Positions 25,373 through 38,599 of a DNA stretch of 64,000 nt are shown in pieces. The position numbers and the translations under genes were made by a program. This DNA comes from Hemiscyllium ocellatum (Eukaryota): the NCBI RefSeq assembly GCF_020745735.1, contig NC_083412.1:14192235-14256234 (forward strand), given 5' to 3'. The notes beneath the pieces were generated by a model. The model had not been told where the DNA came from, did not search any database, and saw only the letters and a list, made by a program, of their open reading frames with translations. How positions within the stretch are numbered: the first letter of the stretch is position 1; the number at the start of each line of letters is the position of its first letter.

Positions 25373-25935
25373 TAGAAACAAAACATCCTGGTGTGAAAAG
25401 TAATACTGTTCTGCACTCTGCTTGCGTCCTCACAGCACTGCCTCTGTTGTGTTGGATGGCGGGTTATTTCAAGGATTCAGTCAGAGAGCAAGAGAGGGAG
25501 GGCAGCAGCTCACAGCATAATCCAAACTAACAGCAACATCAACACAGACACGCACACACAAGGCTGATGTGGAGAACGTTGCAATTAGCATAATATCCCT
25601 TAGTGTGAAACACACTCGTTGTGTTTCCTCTATAAAGTGGAAATGATTTCTCTTTGAGCAGTATTTCTAACATGCAGGAATTTCATTGCACGTGTATCCC
25701 AGTGAAACATTGCAGGACGACAGAGGGTCCTTTCTGCAGAGTACACTGTTTTCTGATATGATGTTAAAAATTATAAGTGATCAATAATTCAAAGATGGAG
25801 TAAATTGACCAGCACTAGACGTGTTCATTCACTTCTCCTCAATTCACATGGACAACATCATAAGGGATGGTACAAACTATTTTTCATCACCAAAGAATGC
25901 TTTGAAAAATGAAAAAGTGCAATTTTACATATCCA
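24995..25935 (+). repeat. Left arm of inner inverted repeat (partner ~31848-33095)
   Basis: CR1 3' end plus ~550 bp of flanking non-TE DNA match in reverse complement; 6 mismatches in a 120-bp spot-check (25441-25560). Confidence 0.93.
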
Positions 25936-26074
25936 CGGACTTTAATGGATCTCCCAAATACTGATCTGCTCGTGTCGTGCAACAGAGAGTCCAGCTGAGG
26001 GAGGCATTTAACAAGTTTAAACATAAGAGAGACCCTGTGACCTGTTGTTAGACTGGGGGTTGGGTGACAAAGTT

Positions 26075-28140
26075 AAAAAAACATCTCGTAGAAAGTGAGG
26101 ACTGCATATGCTGGACAGCAGAGTTTAGTTTGTGGTGCTAGAAACGTACAACGGGTCAGGCAGCATCGGCAGAGCAAGAGAATCGACGTTTTGGGCAAGA
26201 GCCCTTCATCAGGAATCAGGTTCGTGAGCCGAGGATTGAATAGTTTATTGGGAGGGAGTGGGTCTCGGGGAAGGTGGATTAGAAGGCGATAATTGGGTAA
26301 TAGTGGGGGTGATGATGCTATGTTAGAGAGGAGTTTGAAGCAGATAGGTGGGAAGGAAGATGAACAGGTAGAACGGGTCTTGAGGGCGGTGCAAAGATCG
26401 AGGGTTGGATTTGGAATAAGTTGGGGAAGGGGATTTGAGGAAACTGGTGAAGTCCACATTGATACTGTGTCGGTAATGGGTACACAGGCAGAAGATGAAG
26501 CAATCTTCATCCAGTTGTCGGGTTGTTAGTGTGTGGCAAAGGTGGAAGCCCAAGATTTGCATATTCTTGGCAGAATGGGATGGGGAGTTGAAGTGTTCGG
26601 CACGTGGGTTGATTGGTGCGGGTGTCATGCAAATGTCCTCTCAACTCATAGAGTCATAGAGTCACAGAGATGTACTGCATGGAAAAAGATCCTTCGGTAC
26701 AACCCGTCCATGCCGACCATATATCCCCACCCAATCTAGTCCCACCTGCCAGCACCCGGCCCATTTCCCTCCAAACTCTTCCTATTCATATACCCTTCCA
26801 AATGCCTCTGAAATGTTGCAATTGTATCAGTCTCCACCACTGCCTCTGGCAGGTCATTCCATACACGTACCACCCTTTGTGTGAAAACGTTGCCCCGTAC
26901 GTCTCTTTTACATGTTTCACCTCACACCCTCAATTTATGCCTTCTAGTTCTGGACTCCATGACCCCAGGGGAAATACTTTGTTTATTTACCCTATCCATG
27001 CATCTCATAATTTTGTAAACTTCTATAAGATCACAACTCAGTCTCCGGCGCTCCAGGGAAAACAGCTCCAGTCTGTTCCGCCACTCTGTATAGCTCAAAT
27101 TCTCCATGCCTGGCAACATTCGTGTAAATCTTTTCTGAACCTTTTCAGTTTTCACAATATCTTTCCAATGGTAAGGAGACCAGAATTGCAGGAAATAGTC
27201 TATCAGCGGCCCAACCAATGTCTTGTACAGCCGCATCATGACCTCCCAACTCCTGAGCAAAAAAGCATAGCATACCAAACGCCTTCTTCACTCTCCTACC
27301 AACCTGCCACTCCACTTTCAAGTGCTTTGCAAGTAAGCCTCCCAACTCCACAAATGTAGAGGAGACAGCATCGGGTGCAAACGACAAAGTACATTCCATG
27401 TGTGGAAGTGGAGGTAATCTGGGATGGATGTGGAAGGCTACTTTGGGACCTTAGACGGAGGTGGTGGGGGTGATGTGGGCGCAGCTTGTGCAAATCCTGC
27501 AGTAGGAGGAGAAGGTGCTGGGAGCGGAGGGGAGATGTATTGCAGGCATCGACCTGACAATAGAATGGGGAGTAATGGTCTTTCCAGAAAGTAGATAAGG
27601 GTGGGGATGCAAATGCATATCTCGGAATGGAGTCTACGTGTGGTTGACAGAACTTTAAGAAGGCTGCTGCAATGTATACGGAGATTGGAAGGGGTGTAAG
27701 GCAACTAACAAGGATGTTCTGCCTTTGTTGCAGTTGGAGGTGAGGGGTTCGAGGTCGGAGGTGCAGGAAGTGATATAATGCGCTGGAGGGCATCATAGAA
27801 CATGTGAGAGGGGTAATTTTGGTCTTTGAAGAAAGGGGCCATCTGGTGTTTTCTGTGTTGGAACAGGACCTCCTAAAAGTAGATGCAGCGGAGGAGAAAG
27901 AATTTCGAACAAGGGATAGCGTTCTTACCGAACCTAGGCCAGGTAGTTGTGGGATTTGGTGGGTTTGTAGATGATGTCCATGTTGAGTCGGTCACCATCG
28001 ATGCAGATGGAGCGATTTGGGAAGGGGAGGGTGATGTCTGAGATGATTCAGGTGAATTTAAGTTCGGGGTGCACTGTGTTGGTGAAGTCGATGAACTGTT
28101 CAACCTCCTTGTGGAACAACGGGATGGCTTGGATACAGTT
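26075..28140 (-). mobile_element. Penelope-like element (RT C-terminus, GIY-YIG, 3' terminus) interrupted by a CR1
   Basis: Minus strand KNAIPCSKF.LRCI, VCTRCCLLYI; terminus attcctgatgaagggctcttgcccaaaacgtcga (rc 26183-26217). Confidence 0.85.
26645..27330 (-). mobile_element. CR1 3' fragment nested in the Penelope element
   Basis: RLYKTLVGP..Y..QFWSP...KD....[13 protein letters not shown]; (catagagt)n tail at 26647-26666. Confidence 0.9.
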
Positions 28141-28279
28141 AAAAATCACACAACAACAATTTGTAATTCAACAGGTTTATTTGAAAGCACTAGCTTTCGA
28201 GGCGCCGTTCCTTCATAGGGGATTGTTGAAGTGATGATCATGCTCGCAGAATGTCCTGCCAATGGAATTTAGTGTCATG

Positions 28280-30650
28280 GAGATGTGATATAGTAAACTA
28301 CGCACTGTTACCCGAGAGAGTGGAAATTTGTGAGAAGTATGTACTGATATTGAGCATTCCCCTATGTATGATCAGGTTGGAGTGCCAAATCAAAATTGGG
28401 GCAGTAACAGTCGGCGTGATAAACACAGTGCCAGTTCCAGAAATACAGTTTGTTCTTGCGAGCAATTATCAGGATCCTAGGTGGGAGTGACACGAATGGT
28501 GTGGAGAAGCCAAAGGAACACCAGAGAACTAAGGGCTTAAAAATATCATCAAATCCAAAATGTGTAGTCACAAGATCCCAATATCATAAGTCACAACACA
28601 AAGCAATAACTAAAGGGAAAGACGGAGGAGTTGAGATTGTGTTCGTGCACAACCTACTTGACGTAATGGTGCAGGAAAAACCTTAACTGTCAGAGCGTCA
28701 GACAGAAGTGTTCAGTTCACAAAATCTAATTGATCTACAAACGAAAAATGAGGCAATAGTAGAATTAGATACTGATACACACTCAGAAAAGGAGTCAGAA
28801 TGTATTCCTGACAATTCTAATCTGAAAGACAGAATCCAACAACGAAAATGGCGACCACGGCAGGGTAGTGCAGAGGACAAATGGGCAGAAGTGCACCAGA
28901 CTGCGTTGACAGAAGCACCTTTCACGTCTGTCTTACTTAGTTGTGCAGGACCTCTTCCTAAAACTACAATTGCAAACAGAATTTGTTCACCATTGTGAAT
29001 GTGGCTGAACGTTTCCGGAGAAACTTCCATTGCAAAGTCTTCTGGGGAAAAAAAGATGTGGTAGAGCACTTTGCAGCTTTCTTCACGTGGTGTGGGTTAT
29101 CCAGAGAGATTCACCCAGACGAAAGGTCTAATTGGACTACTGGATGGCTCAAGGAAGTAACGGATAGCACTGGAATACTGTGCTTTAAATCAAGTGTGTG
29201 CCACCCTGAATCCAGTAGACCTCAACAAAGGTGTCATCAGAGCCTGAAGGCAATGTTATCAGGGTACTGTCATGATTACATGAATTATTGAGATAAATAT
29301 ATCTCATTTTTATTGTTTTCCATTAGTAATGCCCCAAACGAATCTACACAATTCACTTGATTTGAGTTACTATTCGTAAATGAAGTGAGAGTGCCTTTGA
29401 AATTAAATAAGGAGATCTTTTCTCCACCGTGGTTAGACATTTCATACTTGGAGTATGTACCTGAGTTGACGGAGAAATTAAGTCGAATGGGTGAGTTAGC
29501 TAAACAGCACCTGAAACAGTTGCAGCATACAACTTAATACGTGGAAGATAAAAATCTAAAATTGGGACATTTCCCCATGGAGATGACGTATTAGTGTCAT
29601 TACAGAGAGGCGATCCCAGAAAGGAAATTTTTAGTGGTTCCCAGCAAATTAAAAATACGTTAGGTTAGGTGAACTATCTGGTTACAAAAAAAATGCCAGA
29701 CAGAAAAAAAACAGGATCGATTATATCATTATTGGAATATGTTTAAACCTTATCATAACAGAGAAGAGGAATTGGAGAAACAAGTGTTAGTTACCGCACA
29801 GCAGAGTGAGGAATCAAATGCAGATTTTAGAGTTAGATGTAGCTCAATACACGATAACCAATGAGAAATTATTTGTAGAGTGGGATATGTTAGATTGCAG
29901 CCTGTCTCCGGAAAGTAGAATCCATTTGTCAGTTTTGTTACAGCAATATGAGTACCAATACAGGAATAAGACGGGGAGGACTAAACCTATTGTACATTTG
30001 GTACATGAAAGGAATTGTGTTCTGGTAAAACAGCCCCTCTCCAGGCTTAATCCTTTCAAAGGCACACAGGCCCAGAAGGACGTGGATGCAATGCCCAACG
30101 ATGATATCACAGAACCGAGTCAGAGCCAGTGGAAGTCGACAATTGTTTCCAAACCAGACGGGACTCAACGATTTTTGGACGCTTAACGGAAGGTCAACGC
30201 CACATAAAAACGTTGGCCTCATGTTCAACAGCAGGATTGGAGAACTGCGTGGAGAAATTTGGACAAACCAGTTACATGACAATGTTGGACCGATCACATT
30301 GTTATGAGCAGGTACCTTTATCAGTGAAAGTAAATAAGTTTCTGCGTTTTTAACTTAAAATGAGCGATGTGAATTCAAAGTTACTCCCTTTGGAACGAAG
30401 AAAGGGCCAGGCACATTCCAAAGTCTCATGAACAGAGTTTTGCCTGGGTTAAAAAAAAGTGCTGTTTATCTGCTTAATGTCGTGATCTTTCGTAAGTCAT
30501 GGAAAGATCACATGTTACAGATTGCAGAACTCTTTGAAAGATTAAGAGAAGCAATTCTGGTAATAAACTTAAAGAAAACAGAATTCGTGAAGGTAGATGT
30601 GGCATATTTGGAGATAACATCACTCATGTAAGGTGGATCCCAAAGAACGA
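28280..30650 (+). mobile_element. Gmr1-like Gypsy internal fragment (PR end, INT, RT)
   Basis: CVVTRSQ, integrase FFTWCGLSREIHPDERSNW..HPES, then RT KPDGTQRF, PFG.KK.PGTFQ.LMNRV. Integrase lies upstream of RT. Confidence 0.85.
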
Positions 30651-30744
30651 AAGGACCGCCTGATAATCGAGCAGGGATGGAATCAGGAGGGGTAAAATGA
30701 TGATAATGTTATGCAGCATTGAAACAGGCCTTTCAGCCCAAAAA

Positions 30745-30970
30745 CCTAAAACAGAATTTGCTGTAAAGGCTCAGCATATCTGGCACCATCTGTGATGAAA
30801 AAATCAGTTAACGATTCGGGTAGAGTGACCCTTTCTCAGAACGAGTATCGGCTCGTCTCATCAATATTCTTCTGAGGTAGGATCACTTTGGCGGAAATGT
30901 TAACTCTTATTTCTCTTCAGAGACAGTCGCACACCTGCTCAGCATTTCCAGCAATTATTATTTTTTGTCT
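30745..30970. mobile_element. Older hairpin element of inverted PLE-type termini
   Basis: aaaacagaatttgctgtaaaggctcagc...gttaac mirrored by gttaac...ctgctcagcatttccagcaatt; two divergent degenerate ctga.ga...gaa motifs in the centre. Confidence 0.65.
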
Positions 30971-31847
30971 TGTCCAGACTGACCGGTTTTCCTAACCTAC
31001 CAGTTCATATTGGCCAAAACCAGAAGATTGACAGACGCTGTGACCAATCAGAGTTGTATAGTGAGCTAAAACACTCCGTACGTACTCTCATGAAGACTCA
31101 AGGTACAGCTGGTGAAGAGACTTTGTGCGAGATCACCGGATGCTGGTGGAGGAGGGGCCGTGCCAGCTTGGAGCTGCGATGCGTGATATTCAAACCTGGA
31201 AATGCACGAACAAGCAATTTCTCTTTTTCTGCATGCTTTTGGCTGCATTGGAGTGACAGTGTTTTTTTTTTATCCTTCCAATGAGGCTGATAAACAACTT
31301 CAAAATTAATCATCAATTGTTAATGTGCAGTTAAAGTGAGGAGAGCGTCACATCAGACAATGGGTGTGTGACCTGAGCAAGTGACCTAGACAGTGAGATC
31401 AAACTGTAAAGGAAATACGTTTCGTTTGTCATGCAGCAGGGAAATAATCCCAACTCATCCGTCCTAACGGGAGTTCGCAAACTGAACTGATTACATTTTT
31501 CTGCATTTGGTCCACATCTCTCTAAACATTTCTGATCCATGTCCATGCCCAAAACGAAGCACTTGAATTTAGCAGGACAGAAGAAATGCATCTAATGAGT
31601 TTGAGTGAAGTGAGATGAGGCTTTGTGGTGACACTGGCCAAAACATTACAGTCTTCCATGGAGTTGGAGGAATTGCCAGGAGACTCGAGAAGAGACAACG
31701 CAATGGTCTTCTTGCCAAAAGAGTTGTCAAGTCAATCTTGGTATTCACAGCGTTGTCAATTTATCTCTTAGGAAGCTTCTGTGAAACTGAATTGTAATTA
31801 AGGTAGTAGGCATGTGGAGAAAAAGTGATTTCTTTGCGAAAATCAAG

Positions 31848-33095
31848 GGTAAAATTGTGCTTGATCAACATAGTTTTGCACCATCCCTTCTGATGTTGTC
31901 CATGTGAATTTGGGAGAAGTGAATGAACACATCCACTGCTGGTCCATTTACTCCATCTTTGAATTATTTATCACTTATAATTTGTAACATCATATCAGAA
32001 AACAATGTAATCTTCAGAAATGACCCTCTGTCGTCCTGCAATGATTCACTCGGATGCACGTGCAGTGAAATTCCTGAATGTTAGAAATACTGCTCAAAGA
32101 GAAATCATTTCTACTTTATAGGGGAAACACAACATTCTCCACGAGTGTGTTTCACACTAAGGGATATTATTCTAATTGCAACGTTCTCCACACCAGCCTT
32201 ATGTGTGCGTATCTGTGTTGATGTTGCTGTTAGTTTGGATTATGCTATGAGCTGCTGCCCTCCCTCTCTTGCTCTCTGTCTGAATCCTTGAAATATCCCT
32301 CCATCCAACACAACAGAGGCAGTGCTGTGAGAACTCAAGCAGAGTGCAGAACAGTGCACAGTGGTTAGCACTGCTGCCTCACAGCGCCTGAAGACCCGGG
32401 TTCAATTCCCGACTCAGGCGACTGACTGTGTGGAGTTTGCACGTTCTCCCCGTGTCTGCGTGGGTTTCCTCCGGGTGCTCCGGTTTCCTCCCACAGTCCA
32501 AAGATGTGCGGGTCAGGTGAATTGGCCATGCTAAAATTGCCCGTAGTGTTAGGTAAGGGGTAATGTAGGGGTATGGGTGGGTTTCGCTTCGGCGGGTCGG
32601 TGTGGACTTGTTGGGCCGAAGGGCCTGTTTCCACACTGTAAGTCTAATCTAATCTAAAAAAAAACAGGATGTTTTGTTTCTAGAACATAGAACACAGAAA
32701 AGTCCAGCATATGCCCTTTGGCCCTCGAAGATGTGCCGAGGTTTAATCCTAATGTAAAATATAGTAATTTAATCTGTGCAACCCCCAACTCAGTGCTATC
32801 GTTGTGCATGTCTCGCAGTCGCTTAAATGTTCCCAATGACTCTGGTTCCACTACCACAGCGGGCAACGCATTCACAACTCTCTGTGTAAAGAATCTACCT
32901 GTGACATCTCCTTTATACCTTTCTCCTAATACATTTAAACTATGACTACTTGTACCAGTCAATGCTGCCCGGTGACATTTCTCTGGTTATTGGATCTATC
33001 TCTTCCAGTAATTATTTTGTACACCTCAATCAGATCTCCCTTCTGCCTCCTTCTCTCCACAGAGAAACGTCTGAGCTTATAAAGCATCTGATTCC
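31848..33095 (-). repeat. Right arm of inner inverted repeat (contains SINE insertion)
   Basis: Reverse complement of 24995-25935; paired ORFs 25155..25337(-) and 32718..32945(+). Confidence 0.93.
32356..32664 (+). mobile_element. HE1-family tRNA-derived SINE, young, slightly 5'-truncated
   Basis: gcacagtggttagcactgctgcctcacagcgcc head, B-box ggttcaattcc (32399), central gtgtggagtttgcacgttctccccgtgtctgcgtgggtttcc, LINE-like 3' part and (aatct)n-polyA tail; CpG-rich. Confidence 0.93.
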
Positions 33096-33129
33096 TGACG
33101 AATGTTGTGTTAAAACATCGACTGCACCT

Positions 33130-33630
33130 TGACCCTATAAACTTACTGTCCTTCCTTGACGACCCTGTGCACGCTCGATCAGTCTCTTCACCAGCTATTC
33201 CATTTTATAATCCCTAGCTCCCGTTCCCATTCCCCGTCAACCTAGTTAAAACCCTCCCAAAGAGCTGTAGGACAATTCCACACAGGCAATAGATAAACTT
33301 CCAATTCATGTGCAACTCATCCTCCTTGTAGAGGCCCCACCAGCGCCACCAAGTGTCCCATTGATCCACAAATCTGAGGCCCTCCTATACCAGATTTGCA
33401 GCAATGCCTCAACTCCAATCGCTCTCTGTTCCTCACCTCACTAGCCCGTGGTGCCAGTAGAATCCTAAAGTTGCTATTCTGCCATCCGTGGACAAGGACA
33501 CCTGGGTCCCTCTGCACATCAACATGCTGTATTTATTCCCCATTTAAACAATAGTCCATTTTGCTGTTATTCTCAGCAAAACGGATGAACCTCCATTTCT
33601 CGACATTGTACTCCATCTGTCATATCCTTG
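33130..33630 (-). mobile_element. Old CR1 fragments
   Basis: QRDPGVLVH and ORF1/ORF2-junction-like ctagttaaaaccctccc sequence. Confidence 0.5.
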
Positions 33631-33639
33631 CTCACTCAG

Positions 33640-33950
33640 TGCTTGGGACCTCGGTTTCATTTTTTGACGGACTGCCAGTGTAGAGTTTGCACATTCTCCT
33701 GTCTGTGTGAGTTTCTCCGCGTGCTCTGGTTTCCTCCCACGGTCCAAAGGTGTGCTCTTTAGATGGACTGGACATGACAAATTGCCCATAGTGTCCATAG
33801 ATGTGCTGATTGGGTTGATTGGCTATTGAAAGTGGAGAGATGTAGTAGGACAGGATAGATGGCGTGGGTCTGTATGAGACTCTCTTCAGAGGATCGTTGT
33901 GAATATGATGGACTGAATCGTCTACTTCAACGCTGAAGGGATTCTGTGAT
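33640..33950 (+). mobile_element. Old HE1-like SINE
   Basis: gtgtagagtttgcacattctcc..tctggtttcctcccacggtccaaaggtgtgc..aaattgccc resembles 32428-32545 but is heavily diverged. Confidence 0.75.
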
Positions 33951-34402
33951 ACATGCTTCCAATCCTATGACGTCATTTATCAGATGCATGGTGACAGGAT
34001 TGATAAATGTACACACAGTCTTTCGCACAAACAGCCGGCTACTCTGACAGTAAACAGAACGAACTTTCACAATTGGGTTTGTCATTCAGTTGCACAAGCT
34101 TCTTTCAGTTCAAAAGGGACGAAATGCTTCCTGCTCCAATGTCCAACTTAGCGAAAACTCAAAGGATTTGGTGTACATTGGCCAAGGAATACTTTTAAGA
34201 CCCAAACGTCGCCCACCAGACACAGTGTGAATACAAAAATCAGGTGCGAATGCTGTCAGAGCCGGGTAGCTCAGCCTGTGACTGTGTGGTTGTGGGTATG
34301 TGCGTGCAGTTGTGTGTTGTTTAGAATTTGCGGGTGAAAGATATCTTTTATGAGAGTTAAAAGCTAACAATGTCAGCACCAAGTGTTCTCAATAAGACAA
34401 AA

Positions 34403-37400
34403 TGTAACATGTGCTCCAGGTACTGGAGATATTGGTTCCCTGGAAATGACGAAAAAACATTCTAATTAATCCAATCAGTTAAATTACATCCCGAAAAATA
34501 CCAAATTTTAATCCAGTGCTTATTGAGTGTATTGACAATCATGCAAGCCAAGGACACAATCCGATGACGCAGTAACCTCTGAAGCAGAATTTCGAAGGAG
34601 AAGAAAAGAAGGCACAGGAAGATCCAAATCTTAGAAGCAAAAGCTACCTGGTTTTGAGATAAGTCCTCAAATAAGGACTTGTGAATAGTTGTTAGTTAAT
34701 TATTCTCTGTTATACTTTAAGAAATAAAGATGTTAATTTTTATTTTAAATACTTCTGGGACACTCGAAGTTTTGCAGAATACGGCACGGGAGAAATCTTT
34801 TCTCTGTTGCTGGTTTTAAATTAAGCAAGAGGGTTACACAATGTCGTAAGAGCTTTGGGAGCTGGCGTCCGTGATTTAAAAAGGAATAGTCAGATTTCAA
34901 GAGATTTGGTGTTACGAAAAGTTCCAGCAAATTTAAATACTTGCAGCTTAGTGTCCTTGATCTTGAAATAAATGTAGGTGAGACGTTTTGTAAAATCTTG
35001 GTGACTTGTGGTTGATTAAATTAAAAGTGAGAAATGGCTCTTAAAATCGGGAAAGAGGTTGTGTGATTTGAAGATGATTCCCAAACCTGCCAATGAAATT
35101 TACAAGGAAAGAAATAAGGGCATACTTTAAGAAATGGCAAATAAGTTAAGTTCGGGTGTAAATGCGGACAAAAGTAAAGTTGAAATTGCAAAGGGGTTAT
35201 TCAAACACTTGGGTGTGTCAGAGAACCAGACAAGTGCATTAGAGGTAGAAACTCTTAAGTTACAATAGAGCCAAATGGTGTTTGAAGATAAACAATGTGT
35301 GTGTGAGAGAGAGGTAAAAAAAAGAGAGAGAAGGTTCTTGCCTGAGCAAAGAAAGAGAGAAGAAAGGGATAGAGAAAGAGAGAGAGGAAAGGGAGAGAGA
35401 AAGAGAGAGGGGGAAATAAAGGTAGAGAAAATAGTTTGCTGAGCATAAAGATATAGAATTTGAACTTGAGAAGTTGCGACTTAGTCTACAATGTCAAGTT
35501 ATGTGAAAGGAGATATTAAAGATAAGATAGTGACATCAACAAATATATCAAAACTCTGCCACAATTGGATGACAACAATGTTAGCTTCTTCTTTATTTCA
35601 TTTGAAAGTTTGGTCAGGTAGATGGAGTGTTCCGAGGATTTATGGATGACCATAGTTCAGGCTAAAGTGGAATGCAGAGCTAGTGAGGTGTTTGCCACAT
35701 TGTCACATGAGGTGTCAAGAGATTATGAAGAGGTTAAACGGGCTACTTTAAGTGTTTATAAATTGGCGCCAGAAATATACAGACAGAGGTTCTAAAAACA
35801 TCAAAAAGGAACAAGGTCCGACTTATGTTGAGTTCAAAAGAAGTAAACATAGTTATTTTCATCGATGGCTGTGAGCTTTGAAAGCAGATAAGACTTCAGA
35901 CAATAAGAAAGAGAATATTCTGCTGGGGAATTTAAAAACTCACTTTCAGAGAGGGAAAGTATTCAGGTGGAAAACAGAAAGTTCGGAAATTGAGAAGGGC
36001 AGCAGAATTAGCAGGTGGGTACATGGTGGTGCATAAGACAAGAATTTCGTCCTATAAGGAACGGAATTGAGAAATGCGGAAGTCCTATACTATTAAACGA
36101 AGAGTCGAGTGTCATGGTTTAATTATACCACAGAATGAAGAAGCTCAAGTTGGTGAACAGACGGTGAAAGGCCTCATGTGTTTTAAAGTAATGGCGGAGG
36201 GAAGAAAATTACAGTGCTGGTAGTTGCAGAAGGTCACTGGGGAAAGGTCTTTTCTCTGCCAGGAGGTGGGACACGTAAACGAGAAGTGCTAGTAGTTAAA
36301 GAATGTTGCCTTCAGAAAAGATGTGCTCAAGGAAGCTAAGCCAGTGACATTACAGAAGTTGAAAAGAGACCCCACAGAGAGTCAAGGAGCTGCAGGAGAG
36401 TGCAGTAGTTGATTTGAAGTTAGTGCTTGATCTCTGCAAAAAATTGCCTCTGTTGGTAAAGTTTATCCAGAAAGAACAGAGGGAGAATTGCAAGAAGTCA
36501 TAATTTTGTGGGGTACATGATCTAAGCGTTTGCTAATAGTAACGGATGAGCAAATATGAACTCTTTCTGATCTGTTATCAGAGAATGTGCAATTTGTGGG
36601 ATAGATAGAAAGAAATTGAACGTTCCCCGTTTAAGATCAGAAAGCAGTGCCAACTAAAGACTGGGGAAGTTACAGTAGGAGTGATTGACAGCGTGTCAGA
36701 TCCAGGAACTTAGTTTGTTCTTGGGAATGATTTGTCATCATCCAAGGTGGGAGTAACGCCCCTTGTTGTGCACAAGCCAGGGAAGACCAACAAATGAGGA
36801 GTTAAAACATAAATATCGTGGTATTTTCCTAGACTGTGTTGTAACCACATCGCAATATCATAAGTCACAGCCCGACACAACAAGTAATGATAAAGATAAA
36901 GGAGTTAACGTTCATTTAGCAGACACCCTGTCTGTCGCAATGGTGAAGGAAAACACTGAACAGGCAGAGGGTCAGACAGACGTGGTTAGTCCTGAAAGGC
37001 GAAGGGTCTTGAAACAGCAAGATGAGATGATAAAACATGTTAATGTGGATGCGTACTCTGAAAAAGAGGCAGAGTATAGCTTGGAGGATTATTATCTGAA
37101 AAGTGGAATGCTGAGAAGGGAATGGAGACCACAGCTGGTTAACACAGAGGAGAAATAGGTCGAAGTGAAGCAGATTGTGTTGCTTCAGGCATACAGACAG
37201 GACATGTTCCGAGTAGTAAATGAGTTACCTGTGGAAGGTCATCTAGGGACATGAAAGACACAGGCTATGATACAAAAACATTTTTATTGGAATGGACTGC
37301 AGAAAGATGTGGTTAATTTTTTTTTGCCATGAGGATAATACCTGCCAATTTTTGGTAAGCCACAGGCGGGAATAAAACCAGCACCGTAATTGCCAATTTC

Positions 37401-38580
37401 TGATTTTGAAGAACCTTTGGCACTTTTTAGTATTCATTGCGTAGATCCCTATGGTGAACTGCAAGTGGGAAGCACTACTCGTCAACCGTAACAGGTGTGT
37501 TTACCAGATTTCCTGAGGGAATTCCATGACGGAGTATCAAAGCAACAAAGGTGGTGGCGCAGTAAGTAGCTTTTTTTCCCGAGGTATGGGCTACAAAAGA
37601 GATTCAGTGGGACCAATGATCAAGATTTATTGCTGGACTGTTCAAGATTATTATGGACAGCATAGGTATCCAACACATTAATCCAGTGCGTATTATTCTG
37701 AATCCCAGGGAGCTTTAGAAGGGTACCATCGAAACTTGAAGATCATGTTCAGAGCTTCCTTTCAGGATTACTCAAATGATTGGGTGGCAGGTATCCCATT
37801 TATATTGGTTGTCAGTGTAGATGGACCAAACGAATATATTCCAGTTATTCCCTTTTGAGAGACTATTTGGTCATGAAGAGGGAGGCTCTTTGCAGTTAAT
37901 TGAAGAAAATTGATAGGACCAATTTATCACATTTACACTATATATCGTGGGTGAGGGAGAGATTAAATCGGGTCGGTAAGTTAGTTTAAAAAAAACCACC
38001 TAAAAATGGCGCAGTCCAGAATGAAAAAATGTGGCAGGTAAAACCTCAGAGAGTCGGATGTTTTGCCGATGGGTTAACGTGTTCGTCGTGTAACCAGTAA
38101 TTGGAGATCTCGTCATAGCCAGGTTTGCTGCTCTCTATCAAGCTAAGAAAACATTGAGTCAGTTGAAAGATTAAGCCACGATGCCATATAGAAAAAGAAG
38201 TTAAGGAGTAGGTTACATGAACATGTTGAAACCATTTCATACAAGAAAGGAAGAACAGGAGAAACAGGTGTTAGTTACTGCTCCAAGGAGTGAGTAATCA
38301 AATCCAGATGATATGGACTTTGAGGTGCACCAAAATGGACTAAAAATGAAGATGTCCTTGTGTAATGGGGTAGGTTAGTAAACTATCTGTCTCAGGAGCA
38401 TAGAATGGAGATGAATGATTTGTCATTACGGTGCAAGAACACATGTAAGAATCGGGTGGAATGGACTAATGATATTGCATATGGTGTAGACGTACGAAAT
38501 ACTGCTCAAGTAAAACAACATCCCGATTGGCTTTATCCGTCCAAAACCTGAAAGGTCCAGAAGGAGGTGTTGGCCATATT
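34403..38580 (+). mobile_element. Gmr1-like Gypsy element with 5' LTR (~34403-34851), gag, PR, INT; truncated at start of RT
   Basis: TGTAAC...tcgtaaga LTR-like block followed by PBS-like ttgggagctggcgtccgtgat; GA-rich coiled-coil gag, FFISFE, zinc-knuckle remnants, ELPVEGHLG integrase, ESQGALE.YH. Confidence 0.85.
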
Positions 38581-38599
38581 CTATGAGGAGGTGCCGCTA

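Noticed and set aside
26670-27359. 229-aa ORF
   Set aside because: Antisense frame of a CR1 3' fragment.
32356-32420. tRNA gene
   Set aside because: Pol III boxes belong to the SINE head; no cloverleaf.
35290-35430. GA-rich simple repeat
   Set aside because: Decayed Glu/Arg-rich coiled-coil part of Gypsy gag, not an independent feature.
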